Assembly: GCF_000143415.4 (NCBI RefSeq)
Contig: NW_003314284.1
Coordinates: 726,693-790,692, forward strand
Length of the DNA stretch: 64,000 nucleotides
From: Selaginella moellendorffii
Lineage: Eukaryota; Plantae; Lycopodiophyta
Direction: 5' to 3'
Shown: positions 33,245 through 46,369 of the stretch, in pieces
Layout of the letters: every line of letters begins with the position of its first letter
Position numbering within the stretch: the first letter of the stretch is position 1
Translations under genes and position numbers: made by a program
The notes under the pieces: generated by a model
Told to the model about the DNA's origin: nothing
Databases searched by the model: none
The model's input: the letters and a program-made list of their open reading frames with translations, nothing else

Positions 33245-36200
33245 CAGATGTGGTGTTCCTAGCATCTTTATTTGAAGAAGAGGCCACTCCTATGATTACA
33301 GCTTATTTCGACAGTTCTTTCTACCCCAAAAACCAAGTTGCCGGCATTGGAGTTTGGATGATCGATTCTAAGAAGAATAAAGTAGCCGACCTTTCTATCA
33401 CTTTGCCAGCAACATCAGTTAATGAAGCAGAGTACTTGGCGGCTATCAATGCCATGAAGTTGGCCACAAATCTCAAGTTTAGGCGAGTCACTTTCATTGG
33501 AGATGTGCAACTCATCATACGCCAACTTACTAGAGAATACCAAGTCCACAAGGAGAACCTGAAAGAGCTATGGCAGCGGGCGGTCAACCTAAAGGATGAG
33601 TTCTCTCATATGACTTTTTAAAGTGTCCCTTGTGAAGAAAAATTTTGGGTGGATAGGTTATCACATCAAGCAATCACCATGATGCGAGAGGCAAGAGGCA
33701 CTCCCTGCTCTTTGGTTTCCAAAGTCGAGAAGGAATCTAAGATAGATGAACCCCTTGAGCCTAAGGTTTCTCGAGACTCCAGGGTTCATGCCATTTTACT
33801 AGGTGATGACAAGGATCCGGTCTTTATCGCCACATCACTTGCTTCAACAAACATAGCAAAGCTCTTGGATCTCCTTCACTATTTCAAGGACGTGTTTTCT
33901 TGGGACTACGGCCAGCTTCAAGGAGTTCCCATGGACACAATCATGCACAGTATTGTGCTTTCAGAGTCAGCCAAACTAGTTTGTCAAAAGATGCGGCATT
34001 TTAGCCCAATAGCTCATACAGAGATGAAGTTGGAGATCGAGCGACTTCTAGCAGCCGGCTTTATTTACCCTTTGGAGAGCTCAGAGTGGGTGGCCAATCT
34101 CATCCCTACATGCAAGGCAAATGGAAAACTCTGCCTATGCGTTGACTTTGAGACTTGAATAAGGCAACTGCAAAAGATCACTTTCCAACTCTGTTTATCG
34201 ATGCAATTGTGGATGAGATGGCAAAACACTGATACTACTCTTTCATGGATGGCTTTTCAGAGTACAACCAGATCTTCATTCACCCTAATCATCGAGATCT
34301 TACAGCCTTTTGAACACCTTGGGGCGTCTTCGCTTTCAATGTCCTCCTGTTTGGCTTGTATAATGCCGAAGCTACTTTTCAACACTTTATGACTCATGCC
34401 TTTCACAACTTGATTGGAAGTGCCTTGAGGGTGTATATGGATGATCTTTGCAAGACTTCGAACTCCTTCAAGGACCACCTTGTGCACTTGGAGCAGATCT
34501 TCACTTGCTGCCGACAACACAAGTTTTCATTGAACCCGGCAAAGTGTAAATTCGGGGTGACTGAAGGCTAGTTGCTAGGCTTTGATGTCTCACTAAATGG
34601 GATCAAACCCCAGGTAGCCAAGGCTTAGGAGATTTTGGACTGAAACCCACAAACCAATGTGAAGCAGCTTCGTAGCTTCCTCGGGCAAACGGGTTTCTTT
34701 TGCCATTTCCTCCACAACTATGCTACACGTTCCTGGCCTCTGATAGCTCTGCTACAACACAACGTTCCATTTGTCTAGGGTGAGTCCCAGCATCAAGTCT
34801 TTGAATCATTGAAGCAGTCACTCCACACAGCCCCAATACTCCAACCACCAGAATGACAACTTCCTTTCGACATTTACATCACAACGATTACAGAGGCTTT
34901 TGGAGTATGCCTTTGCCAATGGTCACAGCCTGGCAAGCCACCACATGCAACATACTATGCCTCACATTCGTTCAAGGAGACTGAGAAGAAGTACATGGAT
35001 GTAGAAAAAGAAGCAATGGCTGTAGTTTACACCTTGGAGCAATTTCGTCACTTTCTCACTGGAGCCTATATCCATTTCTATGTCTGTTTTAATGTGCTCA
35101 CCTTTCTTTTACAGTGATTGGTTCACAGTCCTCGTACTTTATCTTGGATTGTGACCATCCAAGAGTTCCAGCCAACTTTTCACATGCGGCGGAAGCGCAT
35201 GATGGATCCGAGCGAATTCCTGGTTGCTGAAGCTACTTCCTTTGTGGTCCCAGCAGCATTACAAGACATTGCAGTGTACCTGGATTCAGGTCAATTCCCA
35301 CCGGATTCCTCACCGAGATCCGAGCACGGGGATTTTGCCTTCTCAATAGACACCTTTACAAGAGGACTTCTCAGGAAGTTTTGTTGCGGTGTGTGGGGGA
35401 ACACAAGGTCCTTGAGATCCTTCGCGCTTTCCACTCTTGTGTGGGGCATTTCTCAAGACGGGTCACAACACAGCTCCTCTTGTGCCATGGATACTTTTGG
35501 CCTTGGATTCACCAGGACAGCTTGGCCTATGCCAAGGCATGTGAGCAGTGCCAACGGTTCAACCCCCGGAGCCATGTTCCATGTCTTCCTTTCCAGCTCA
35601 TTACTTCTTTGGGTCCTTTTTTCCAGTGGGGACTTGACATTGTCTATTGAGCTCAAAAGGACAGCAATATATCATCGTGGCAATGGACTATTTCACAAAA
35701 TGGGTTAAGGCCACCCCTCTACTACCAGCAGATCAACAGTCTACAGCAAATTTTGTCTACGAGTACATCATTTGCCGATTTGGAGTTCTTGCTGTTTTGA
35801 TTTCCGATCGTGGCAGTGGCTTCCTTGGACAAGTGATGCAACATCTTCTCCAGCAGCTGCAGGTCAAGCACGTGAAGAGCAGCAGCTATTATCCTGGGTG
35901 CAATGGCCAAGTAAAGTCTAGCAACAAGATATTGAAGACAGTCATCTCAAAGCTTGTGGAGGATCACCCAAGGTGTTGGCACGAGCACTTGGTTATGGCG
36001 TTATGGGCCTTTTGAACGTCCTTCAAAACATCCATCTCTGCAACCCCATTCTCCCTTGTCTATGGGATAGATGTTGTGCTTCCAGTGGAGATCCAGATAC
36101 CATCACTCTCACTTCCATTTCGATATGCAGTAGCAATGCAGCTTAGCAATAAGGACTTGTAGGTTCTTGCCTTGGACGAATAGCAACGATCCACGACTGA

Positions 36201-36730
36201 ACATCTCCTTCGGGGCAAGCAGAAGATCAAGTCCGTCATTGATCACTAGTGCTCTACCAAACCATTCGAGGATGGCAATCTTGTTCTACTCAAAGAGTTT
36301 ACACCACCATCGAAGTTCTCCCCTCGTTGGACCAACCCCTACTTTGTCCAGCAACACATCAGAGGTGGAGCATATGTGCTAGTTGATGTTGATGGACGTG
36401 AACTCCCACACACTCACAACCACTCTCACCTCAAACGCTTCATCCGGTGAGGCATTCCTCTTCTTTTCTTTTTCTTTTTCTTTTCCTTCCTTTCTTTCAC
36501 TTTACTTTCATGGCTCTTTTTCTTACTTTCAGGGGGTGTTTCTCCATTGGACCATGGCCCATGCCTTGGATTTCATGCTCAAGTTACATTGTTGTTTGTA
36601 TGGATGTTCCTCGCTTGCCCCGGTCTATGTTCCAGGTCCTTTGGCCCTTCCTTTACCATTACTACACCCCACATATTCCCCTCACTCATTCCATATCCTC
36701 TACACTCGCAGTTCCATCACCAATCACATT
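33245..36730 (+). pseudogene. pol: Second, more decayed Tat-like pol (aRH-RT-RH-INT plus part of the 3' UTR)
   Basis: ORF fragments 33196-36015 are closely similar to the 17228-26648 element; many stops. Confidence 0.9.
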
Positions 36731-36731
36731 C

Positions 36732-37852
36732 TGTAGATATGCCAAATGAGCAAATCTGGACACTTTTCATAAATAGCATTTGGGATCGAAATGAGACTAA
36801 CACAAAGGGCATGATAACGAGGGTGTTTGGCAGACATAGTAAGCTATCATCTAGCGATATTGAGGGACTAGTCTCAATACACGAGGGTTCTTGTCACTAG
36901 CCAATACAAGATATAACAAGATGGGTAATCCTTACTAGGCTAAGTATGCTTAGCTAATAACACGTAGGAATTCCGTCCTTATGCTCATCCAGTCTAAGTA
37001 CACTCGAAATGCTTAGTTAACTCCACTAGCACAAGAGGGGCTGATAAAGTGTCTAGCAATACCAACCTCCTGCCATCGTGGCAGTAAAGAAAGAGTGTCC
37101 GTAAGGACTAGCCGACAAGTAATTTTCGATACCCGAAGTCACATTCGCGACACACAAGCCCGACCACTAAGTCCCATTGTCCTCTAAGACTTCCTTACCA
37201 CATAATTGTATCCTTGGTCACTACACCAGAGGACCACTCCTCTTCCTTTCAATAGTCTGGGACTTTGGGACAACATTTTAGAACACCGTGGCCCTACACA
37301 AGCCTCATGGGTACTCTCCCACCTTCCGCCTTTGGGTGCTCTAGCCATGGGCTTTTAGTGGTTATCTCATCACCCAACACTTGGGTATAGCCTTCTTGGG
37401 CCAAATTGGCTCCATTGAGGTCCAACCCTCACACTCGCCCTACTATACTCTACACCCCACCGTCCCCCCCCCCTCTAAGGGATGATTGCTTTGGGCTTTC
37501 ACCCAACAGCCTGTATTAATATTCGAACTCCATCTCAAACTCTATCTCGGGTCTATCTCAGGCTCCATCTCGGGTTCATCTCAGACTCCATCTTGGACTC
37601 CATCTTGGGTCCATCTCGGACTCCATCTCGGGTCTTATGTTGGTCCTTTAGTGTCCCTTTTCTAGAGACTCACTTATGGCTTGCTTCGTGCTTGTTCTCG
37701 AGCACTTCGTTGGGAGTTGCACTCTCATTCTCGACTATTCAAGTCGGAGTTTTTAGTCCAAATGTGTTACTCCTGTTTGGCTTCTACTTCGGCCACCACC
37801 ATATGGCACCCTTTCAGCTCCACTTTTGGGGCTTTGGGATTTGTGTCTCATA
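36732..37852 (-). repeat. Variant LTR related to the LARD family with a different terminal segment
   Basis: 37150-37852 aligns with the family LTR. 36732-~36960 (TGTAGATATGCC...) is the inverted homologue of ~47020-47232. Confidence 0.6.
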
Positions 37853-37921
37853 CTAGGGAAGGATAGTATGACTAAGAATAGTTAAACTTACTAAGCCAAG
37901 GGGAATCAACACTTCAATTTC

Positions 37922-38100
37922 CATACTAAAACTATCAATCTTTTTATTGTATAGATTAGATATTCCTTGTAAGGCACTAATCATTCAATTGTACCATAGT
38001 CCCACAGTGGATACCTTCATCACTAAAACTACCAATCTTTCTATTGTGCAAATCAAATATTTCATATGATGTTATTAGTCATCCATCTATACCATAGTCT
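37922..38100. repeat. ~97-bp AT-rich tandem repeat (left part; target of the LARD insertion)
   Basis: Unit ACTAAAACTACCAATC...GTACCATAGTCCCACAGTGGATACC; continues at 45696. Confidence 0.8.
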
Positions 38101-39202
38101 TGTAAGCGACTAAATTTTCCATTCTACTTTAGTCACTTAACCACACCTCCGACCACTTGGAGGAGTCTCATTCACAACCTCCATAAGTCCAATCCAGGAC
38201 TTGGGACTTGCTAGCCTTGAGAATGGCATCCATGCCACTCAACATTTGCACTTGGTCCAAGTGCTCCACGTGTCCGATCCCATGACCGACACTCAAAGGT
38301 ACCACCGACATGCCAGCCCGTTACGCTAAGGCCATGCCCAATCACTTTTGCCACACTGGCAGTCCATTACCACTTGCATCACAGTCTTGGCTCTCCAAGA
38401 CTAGGCAAACCATCCGTGAGTGGTCATCTGAGATCCACTCCTTAGCACCCCTAGGATGCCCACCGACAAGGGGAATAGCCTTCCCCAATATCCCTCTGTC
38501 AGTCCCCACTAAGTCCCTTTCTGCCCCTGGCCGTGTTTGCCAACACTGCCACTTGATCGAGACCCACAGGCCCGACCACTAAGTCCCACGGTCCTCTGGG
38601 ACTTCCTCACCACACGACTGTGTCCTTGGTCACTACCCCAGAGGACTGCTCCTCTTCCTTTCCACAGTCTGGGCCTTTGGGGCAACATTTCGGAACACCG
38701 TGGCCTTACGCGAGCCACCTGGGTACTCTCCTCGCCTTCTGCCCTTAGGTGCTCTAGCCATGGGCTTAGAGCGAGGTTCCGTTGAGCCACGCCTGGTATC
38801 CAAGTAGGTAGTGCCACCCACACTTGGACTGGGAGCATCGGCCAGTCGATCTCCCGGGGGAACTAGAGCCGGCTCTTGAACACTTCACCAAGCTACCCCA
38901 CTTGTCGGTCTGTGTTCACTCTAGTCTTGGACTTCCCAGTGGGCAGCTCATCACCCAACACTGGGTCCGGCCTTCCTGGGCCAAACTGGCCTTTCCTGGC
39001 CAAACTGGCTCCACTGCAGTCCTCCCCCTACTATACTTTTGGAGCTCACCAAACCCCCCAGGGTCTGGGAGACGAACGCTTTGGGCTTTCACCCTCTCAG
39101 GCTCGGACTCGGACTCGGACTCGGACTCGGACTCGGACTCAGACTCGGGCTCGGACTCGGACTCGGGCTCGGGCTCAGCCTCGGTCTCGGTCTCGGTCCC
39201 GA

Positions 39203-39243
<41 letters not shown>

Positions 39244-39915
39244 ACTTCGGACTCCATCTCGGGTCCATCTCGGACTCCATCTCGGACTCCATCTCGGACT
39301 CCATCTCGGGTCCATCTCGGACTCCATTTCGAGTCCATCTCGGACTCCATCTCGGGTCCATCTCGGACTCCATCTCGGACTCCATTTCGGGTCCATCTCG
39401 GGTCCACCTCGGACTCCATCTCGGACTCCATTTCGGGTCCATCTCGGGTCCACCTCGGACTCCATCTCGGACTCCATCTCGGACTCCATCTCCGACTCCA
39501 TCTCGGACTCCACTTCGGACTCCAACTGGGGTCCATCTCGGACTCCACTTCGGACTCCAACTCGGGTCCATCTCGGACTCCACTTCGGACTCCAACTCGG
39601 GTCCATCTCGGACTCCACTTCGGACTCCAACTCGGGTTCATCTTGGACTCCATTTCGGACTCCAACTCGAGTCCATCTCGGACACTTCCACGTGTCATGT
39701 GTTGGTCCTTTTTGGGTCCCTTTCTGGAGCCTCGCTTTTTGCTCGCTTCGTGCTCGTTCCTCGAGCACTTCGTTGGGAGTTCCACTCCCGCTCTCGACCT
39801 TTCAAGTCGGAGCTTTTGGTCCAAATGTGTTACGCTCGTTTGGCTCTCGCTTCGGCCACTACCACGTGGTGCCCTTCCAGCTCCACTTTGGGGCCTAGGG
39901 ATTTTGTGTCTCACA
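38101..39915 (-). repeat. 3' LTR
   Basis: Direct repeat of 43881-45695, adjacent to the PPT. Confidence 0.95.
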
Positions 39916-39927
39916 ACTCCACCACCC
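39916..39927 (-). promoter_or_regulatory. Polypurine tract GGGTGGTGGAGT
   Basis: Immediately precedes the 3' LTR on the minus strand. The same motif precedes 29451. Confidence 0.85.
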
Positions 39928-40021
39928 ATAGACGAAGTTCGATGTCCTCATCGAACGGTAAACCATTTTGTAAAATAACACTCACATGTGTTACCATTTC
40001 CATCCTTGGCACCTAGCCAAT

Positions 40022-40152
40022 ATTTGTCAATGGTTTGACATTGAAAGCTCACCAGGCCTTCTCCATATTCGTCAATGGTTTGACATTGAAGGCTCACCAT
40101 GCCTTTTGCATATGCCTCCATGGTTTGACACCAAAGGCTCACCATGCCTTGC
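40022..40152. repeat. ~43-bp tandem repeat x3 in the LARD internal region
   Basis: CAATGGTTTGACATTGAA(A)GCTCACCA recurs three times. Confidence 0.75.
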
Positions 40153-43100
40153 CTATCCTCTAAGGAGGGTAGTCTCTCCAACTTAGAGACTGATTGGACC
40201 ACATGTAGTGGTTCTCTCCTTTTATTGGTTTAGTTCTCGCTAAATCTCTTAGAGACCCTTCTCTAAGTCAATCCCACTACTCCTTCTCGAGTAGTCTCAA
40301 TTTCCATCTATCATACTTTGTGCTAGGGCTGTCCATGGCCCTATCATTTGGCTACCTTACCGCTCCCTCACTTTGAGCTTTTACTTCGCCAAATTGGAAC
40401 ACTTAGGAATCCATCCTTGGTAGTCCACTTCCTTTCCCACAAGCTGTTAGCATTGAACACATTAGTGTTCCTTGGCTAACTTTGCCATTTGGATCCCTTC
40501 CATTAAATTCCATGGCCCAAACTTGGCCACTAGTCCTTTGCTCCTATCCTTGATTGTTGCACCCAGCAACATCGGATCGCTACCTCCATCTTTGAGGTAT
40601 CCTTTCGGTTCCATAGCAAAGACTCTTCTTTGCCAAGTCCGGAGGATGTTCACCCCTAGTACGTCTCTTTAGCATCTTCTGCTATGGGCTCTATCCATGG
40701 CCCAACTTCGTGACCCTCCCATGGGTCTTTTATAGAGACTACTTTCCTCGGACTCACTATGCCATCGGACGGACATAGTTTATTTCCCTTAGGTGCTTTT
40801 CCCACTTGGTCATCACGACCAAGCCACACCATCTTAAACAGTTCAATTTCAACATTTTGAACCAGGAACTTCATTCCTTAGCCAACCAAGGACCTTGTCC
40901 TTATCTGGCCATAAGATCACCTAGTGATCTCACCTTGGCACCTTAACAGAGTTGCCAAGAGGTACTTGGTCTTCTAGACCTCCAAGTTGTTGACTATAAC
41001 CCCGGGGGCATCCCCCACACTTGGCGGTGCACCCAAGCTAGCCCTTACGGCCAAGGGTTCATAGCAACTGAGATTAGGTGTCCCCATCTCACTCACCACG
41101 ACCTTGGTGCTACTTGCACCAAAGCGTTCAAGTTAGATATGCCGAGCTTCCACACTAAGCAATCTAACCGTGCATCACGACTCCGAGGCATCCCTCGCTT
41201 GGCGGTGTGCCCAAACCAGTCTCCCCACTGAGAGTCCATGACCACCGAAATATGAGTGTCCTCATATTCCAAACCATCACCACGCCCTAGTGATTTGGGA
41301 CTCGAACCCAAGCACTAGAGGGTCGGGACTCGAACCCAACCTTCGTATATGCATCTACGGACGGCATCACACAAGATGCCTGGCGTGACTCCCCACGCCG
41401 GTGCACCAACTTATTTTTAAAGCGCGCTACAGATCACAGCTTAGGAACCTAGTTCCTCCACACTGCCAAGTCCTCTCCCTTGACATGTCTGTGATCATGC
41501 ATGGACTCCTCCATGCTCGGCCCCATGGCCCACCCTTTTTGAAGTTATCGCCTTCAACTAGGGTATTTGTTCCCCCGACGTGCCAATCTCGCTTGGCAAG
41601 TTCTCCGACCACTGTAACATGGTTCTTGCATAAGCGTGAAAGTCCTTGACCATCGACTTTCGTTCAAAGCCCTCTCTTTGAACACTCGGGAACTACTTCC
41701 CTAACCTTGATAGCCTTGCCTCATGGCAAGCTTCAAGACCACGCTTCTGCTGCGCCACTCTGATTTCGCGCGTTCCATGAACCATTTACACTTGGCCTTT
41801 CTAGGTACTAAGCTACCTAGAATCGTCTTTGGGAACCTTGAAGGAACTCTGTCCCTCAGCTTGCTAAGGCCTCCCTTTTGCAAGCCTTCCAAATGCCACA
41901 TAGTCTAACATGGACAATTCCATAACTTAGACTCTCCATGGCATCACGGTTGCTAGCGGCAACACCCTCGAGCCCCCACTTGATTCCCCACTCCCAGCTG
42001 GCATAACCAACCTTGGTTATGCCCTTCGATTTCTATGGTTCAGTTCCATCCCAATACTACTTGCCTTTGGCTTCACACCTTTCCTTCGGTCATTCTCCTC
42101 TAGATAAGGAGGATAGCTTTGCACTTTCTATCATGCCTTAGCAAGTATTCTTAGGGATGAACCTACCCAATAGCCCAGGGAGTGGTTCCTCAATCCGGGT
42201 ATGCTCACCTTATAATCCCACACACTGGGATTACATTGTTGCTTATGGGCCTTTACATGCCCATCACTAGCCTTGCCAAAATTCCATTTTTGGCTTTGTC
42301 CAACTTGGGTAGACAGTCCTCTCCTGTCTCCGCAACCTTGGACATTTGGATAGCACCTTCTATCCATCATTCGCTAGGGATTTAGTCCCTTGGGCTTTAT
42401 CCATTGCCCCCGCGACATCAAACACCACCTTCTGGTGTTCTAGAGTGTTCAGGTGTCCCAATGATGGCTTTCTTGACAATGAGTATTTCCTTTTATGACA
42501 TTGACTTACTATATCGCAACATAAGCAACTTATCCCCCGCAAGGGTATATCCAACTTCCCTATGCTAGAAGTCTTGGGTAGCTACCTTCTACCCGTTTAA
42601 CCAGTTATTTTGCACCTCTTGCTTAGTTGCCTCATAGTTGTCAAGTCCTACAACTCATTGCTTGGTGCTTTCACACCTCCATCATTATCTGGGTCACCAC
42701 ACTCCAACTGCATGCTCTGCAGCTTAGGCTATGCCATTCCCATTTCCATTGGGATTCCTTTGGCAAGGGGTTCTCATGAACCCACCAACATAGCCTCAAG
42801 GTATCACACCTTGGCACATTTGGTGTCTCCACACCATCGGCTCCACGAGCCTACCTCTATGACACTTCCCCTTCGTGTTTAAGTCTTTACCAAGACCAAC
42901 ACCGCTCTTTCTCATGCCAACCATCTGTTAGCACTGCACCATAGAGGTCACACACAACTTTGTGTCAAAGTTGTTTTCTCCTGGGAACACCTTTCCCATA
43001 ACTTTAGCATGGCACATTTTGCCATCGATGAGATACCCTCTGTTCTCATCCTTGGATCCTATGATCCCCCCCCCATCCTTCGTGGGGTGCAACACACCTC

Positions 43101-43865
43101 AGTCCAAATGCTTCAATCAGTCCTTTTAGGACCTTTCCTTGACTCTACTTGAGTCATCCAGCAGTTTTGGACTTGGTTCATCCACAGACCCGTAAGGTCC
43201 CACTTGTGAGGCACTAGCTCACTGGAATACACTTCCTGCATTCCTGTCCTACTCAGAAGGACTATTTTCACAAGTGTTACTCTGACACTTGTTTTTGTTC
43301 TCTGGGGCAACCTCTGCCCCTTAGGACTACTTGTCCATGTGATGAGAATACCAACTCATCTCTAAGTACACCCCCCAACTCCTTGGGTTGTTCCAGCATT
43401 TATTAAAGGTAGCCCCGGCTACCATTTCAAGGACTTGAGTCCTCTTCCGTATTTGACCTCCCACGGTCATTACTTCTGGTCTCACATTCATGAGCACCAA
43501 CCTCAACTATATGAGGATAATCTTGTGACTCCCTTATTGCTTTGGAGTCTTTATCTTTCCTGTGATCCCAACTTTAGTTGTATACCACAACTACATTGGC
43601 CCGTTTGCTGAGTCAAACGCTCATCTGGATCACCTCCTCAACTTAATGAGGAAAACCTTGCACTGTTCCCAAGATCCCAAAGTCGTTCCATTATTGGCCC
43701 CTTTTCTATCCACCACCTTGTCTACAAGTTCACACATGAACTGTAATGGAGAGCCATGTCTTCCCGACCTGCTACTCCTCAAGGATAGGCCCACTTCTCG
43801 GACCTTCCGTTGCCAACACCAGTGGTGATATACTTGCGCACCAATAAAAGTCGGACTAAGGAACA

Positions 43866-43877
43866 GCTCCGATACCA
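43866..43877 (-). promoter_or_regulatory. Primer-binding site TGGTATCGGAGC (initiator tRNA-Met)
   Basis: 3 nt downstream of the 5' LTR on the minus strand; one mismatch to canonical TGGTATCAGAGC. Confidence 0.9.
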
Positions 43878-43880
43878 AAT

Positions 43881-44982
43881 TGTGAGCGACTAAATTTTCC
43901 ATTCTACTTTAGTCACTTAACCACACCTCCGACCACTTGGAGGAGTCTCATTCACAACCTCCATAAGTCCAATCCAGGACTTGGGACTTGCTAGCCTTGA
44001 GAATGGCATCCATGCCACTCAACATTTGCACTTGGTCCAAGTGCTCCACGTGTCCGATCCCATGACCGACACTCAAAGGTACCACCGACATGCCAGCCCG
44101 TTACGCTAAGGCCATGCCCAATCACTTTTGCCACACTGGCAGTCCATTACCACTTGCATCACAGTCTTGGCTCTCCAAGACTAGGCAAACCATCCGTGAG
44201 TGGTCATCTGAGATCCACTCCTTAGCACCCCTAGGATGCCCACCGACAAGGGGAATAGCCTTCCCCAATATCCCTCTGTCAGTCCCCACTAAGTCCCTTT
44301 CTGCCCCTGGCCGTGTTTGCCAACACTGCCACTTGATCGAGACCCACAGGCCCGACCACTAAGTCCCACGGTCCTCTGGGACTTCCTCACCACACGACTG
44401 TGTCCTTGGTCACTACCCCAGAGGACTGCTCCTCTTCCTTTCCACAGTCTGGGCCTTTGGGGCAACATTTCGGAACACCGTGGCCTTACGCGAGCCACCT
44501 GGGTACTCTCCTCGCCTTCTGCCCTTAGGTGCTCTAGCCATGGGCTTAGAGCGAGGTTCCGTTGAGCCACGCCTGGTATCCAAGTAGGTAGTGCCACCCA
44601 CACTTGGACTGGGAGCATCGGCCAGTCGATCTCCCGGGGGAACTAGAGCCGGCTCTTGAACACTTCACCAAGCTACCCCACTTGTCGGTCTGTGTTCACT
44701 CTAGTCTTGGACTTCCCAGTGGGCAGCTCATCACCCAACACTGGGTCCGGCCTTCCTGGGCCAAACTGGCCTTTCCTGGCCAAACTGGCTCCACTGTAGT
44801 CCTCCCCCTACTATACTTTTGGAGCTCACCAAACCCCCCAGGGTCTAGGAGACGAACGCTTTGGGCTTTCACCCTCTCAGGCTCGGACTCGGACTCGGAC
44901 TCGGACTCGGACTCGGACTCGGACTCGGGCTCGGACTCGGACTCGGGCTCGGGCTCAGCCTCGGTCTCGGTCTCGGTCCCGA

Positions 44983-45023
<41 letters not shown>

Positions 45024-45695
45024 ACTTCAGACTCCATCTCGGGTCCATCTCGGACTCCATCTCGGACTCCATCTCGGACTCCATCTCGGGTCCATCTCGG
45101 ACTCCATTTCGAGTCCATCTCGGACTCCATCTCGGGTCCATCTCGGACTCCATCTCGGACTCCATTTCGGGTCCATCTCGGGTCCACCTCGGACTCCATC
45201 TCGGACTCCATTTCGGGTCCATCTCGGGTCCACCTCGGACTCCATCTCGGACTCCATCTCGGACTCCATCTCCGACTCCATCTCGGACTCCACTTCGGAC
45301 TCCAACTGGGGTCCATCTCGGACTCCACTTCGGACTCCAACTCGGGTCCATCTCGGACTCCACTTCGGACTCCAACTCGGGTCCATCTCGGACTCCACTT
45401 CGGACTCCAACTCGGGTCCATCTTGGACTCCATTTCGGACTCCAACTCGAGTCCATCTCGGACACTTCCACGTGTCATGTGTTGGTCCTTTTTGGGTCCC
45501 TTTCTGGAGCCTCGCTTTTTGCTCACTTCGTGCTCGTTCCTCGAGCACTTCGTTGGGAGTTCCACTCCCGCTCTCGACCTTTCAAGTCGGAGCTTTTGGT
45601 CCAAATGTGTTACGCTCGTTTGGCTCTCGCTTCGGCCACTACCACGTGGTGCCCTTCCAGCTCCACTTTGGGGCCTAGGGATTTTGTGTCTCACA
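43881..45695 (-). repeat. 5' LTR
   Basis: Direct repeat of 38101-39915, followed by the PBS. Confidence 0.95.
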
Positions 45696-46065
45696 AGTCT
45701 CACAATGGATACCTTTATCACTAAAACTACCAATCCTTCTACTGTGTAGATCAAATGTTTTATGTGAAACTACTAATCATCCATCTGTACCATAGTCCCA
45801 TAGTGGATATTTTTATCACTAAAACTACTAATCCTTATATTGTGTAGATTAGATATTCTATGTGAAGCAACTTATCATTCACCTATACTACAATCCCACA
45901 ATGGATACCTTTGTCCATGAATGATATTCTATGTGAGGCAACTAATCATTCACCTGTACCACAGTCCCACACTAGATACTTTTGTCCATAGATTAAATAT
46001 TCCATGTGAAGCAATTCGTCATCCACTTGTACTGCAGTCCCACAATGGATACTTTCGTTCATGGA
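45696..46065. repeat. ~97-bp AT-rich tandem repeat (right part)
   Basis: Same unit as 37922-38100, progressively shortened. Confidence 0.8.
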
Positions 46066-46369
46066 TGCCCCACAAAAGAAAGGATATAAACATGAATGCC
46101 CAATACGTATGATTTCAAATTTAGAGGTAAGAATATATCTTGCTTAAGGGTATATTATATTTTTTAAATAGCCACTAAGTAATAGGAATCAAACTCATAT
46201 TGTTGGCTTTAATACCATATATAGTGCACCTTATCTCTCTCCTCTTAAGCTAACTGAAAAAGAGGCAATGGCTTAATAAGAGATTTTTTAATGGCTATTT
46301 TATCCCCATTTATCCCTTAAGGTTCTAAGGATTTATAGTGACAATATCAAAATCTCATTCTATAAACAC

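Larger units (their letters stand above)
38101..45695 (-). mobile_element. Intact non-autonomous LTR retroelement (LARD-like)
   Basis: Two 1815-bp TG...CA LTRs with only ~7 substitutions seen, 5-bp TSD AGTCT (38096-38100 / 45696-45700), a Met-tRNA PBS, a PPT, and a ~4-kb internal region without gag/pol ORFs. Confidence 0.95.

Noticed and set aside
38824-40016. Long overlapping ORFs (300-380 aa) in several frames; also 53-465, 30606-31445 and 44604-45754
   Set aside because: Artefacts of stop-free tandem repeats inside LTRs.
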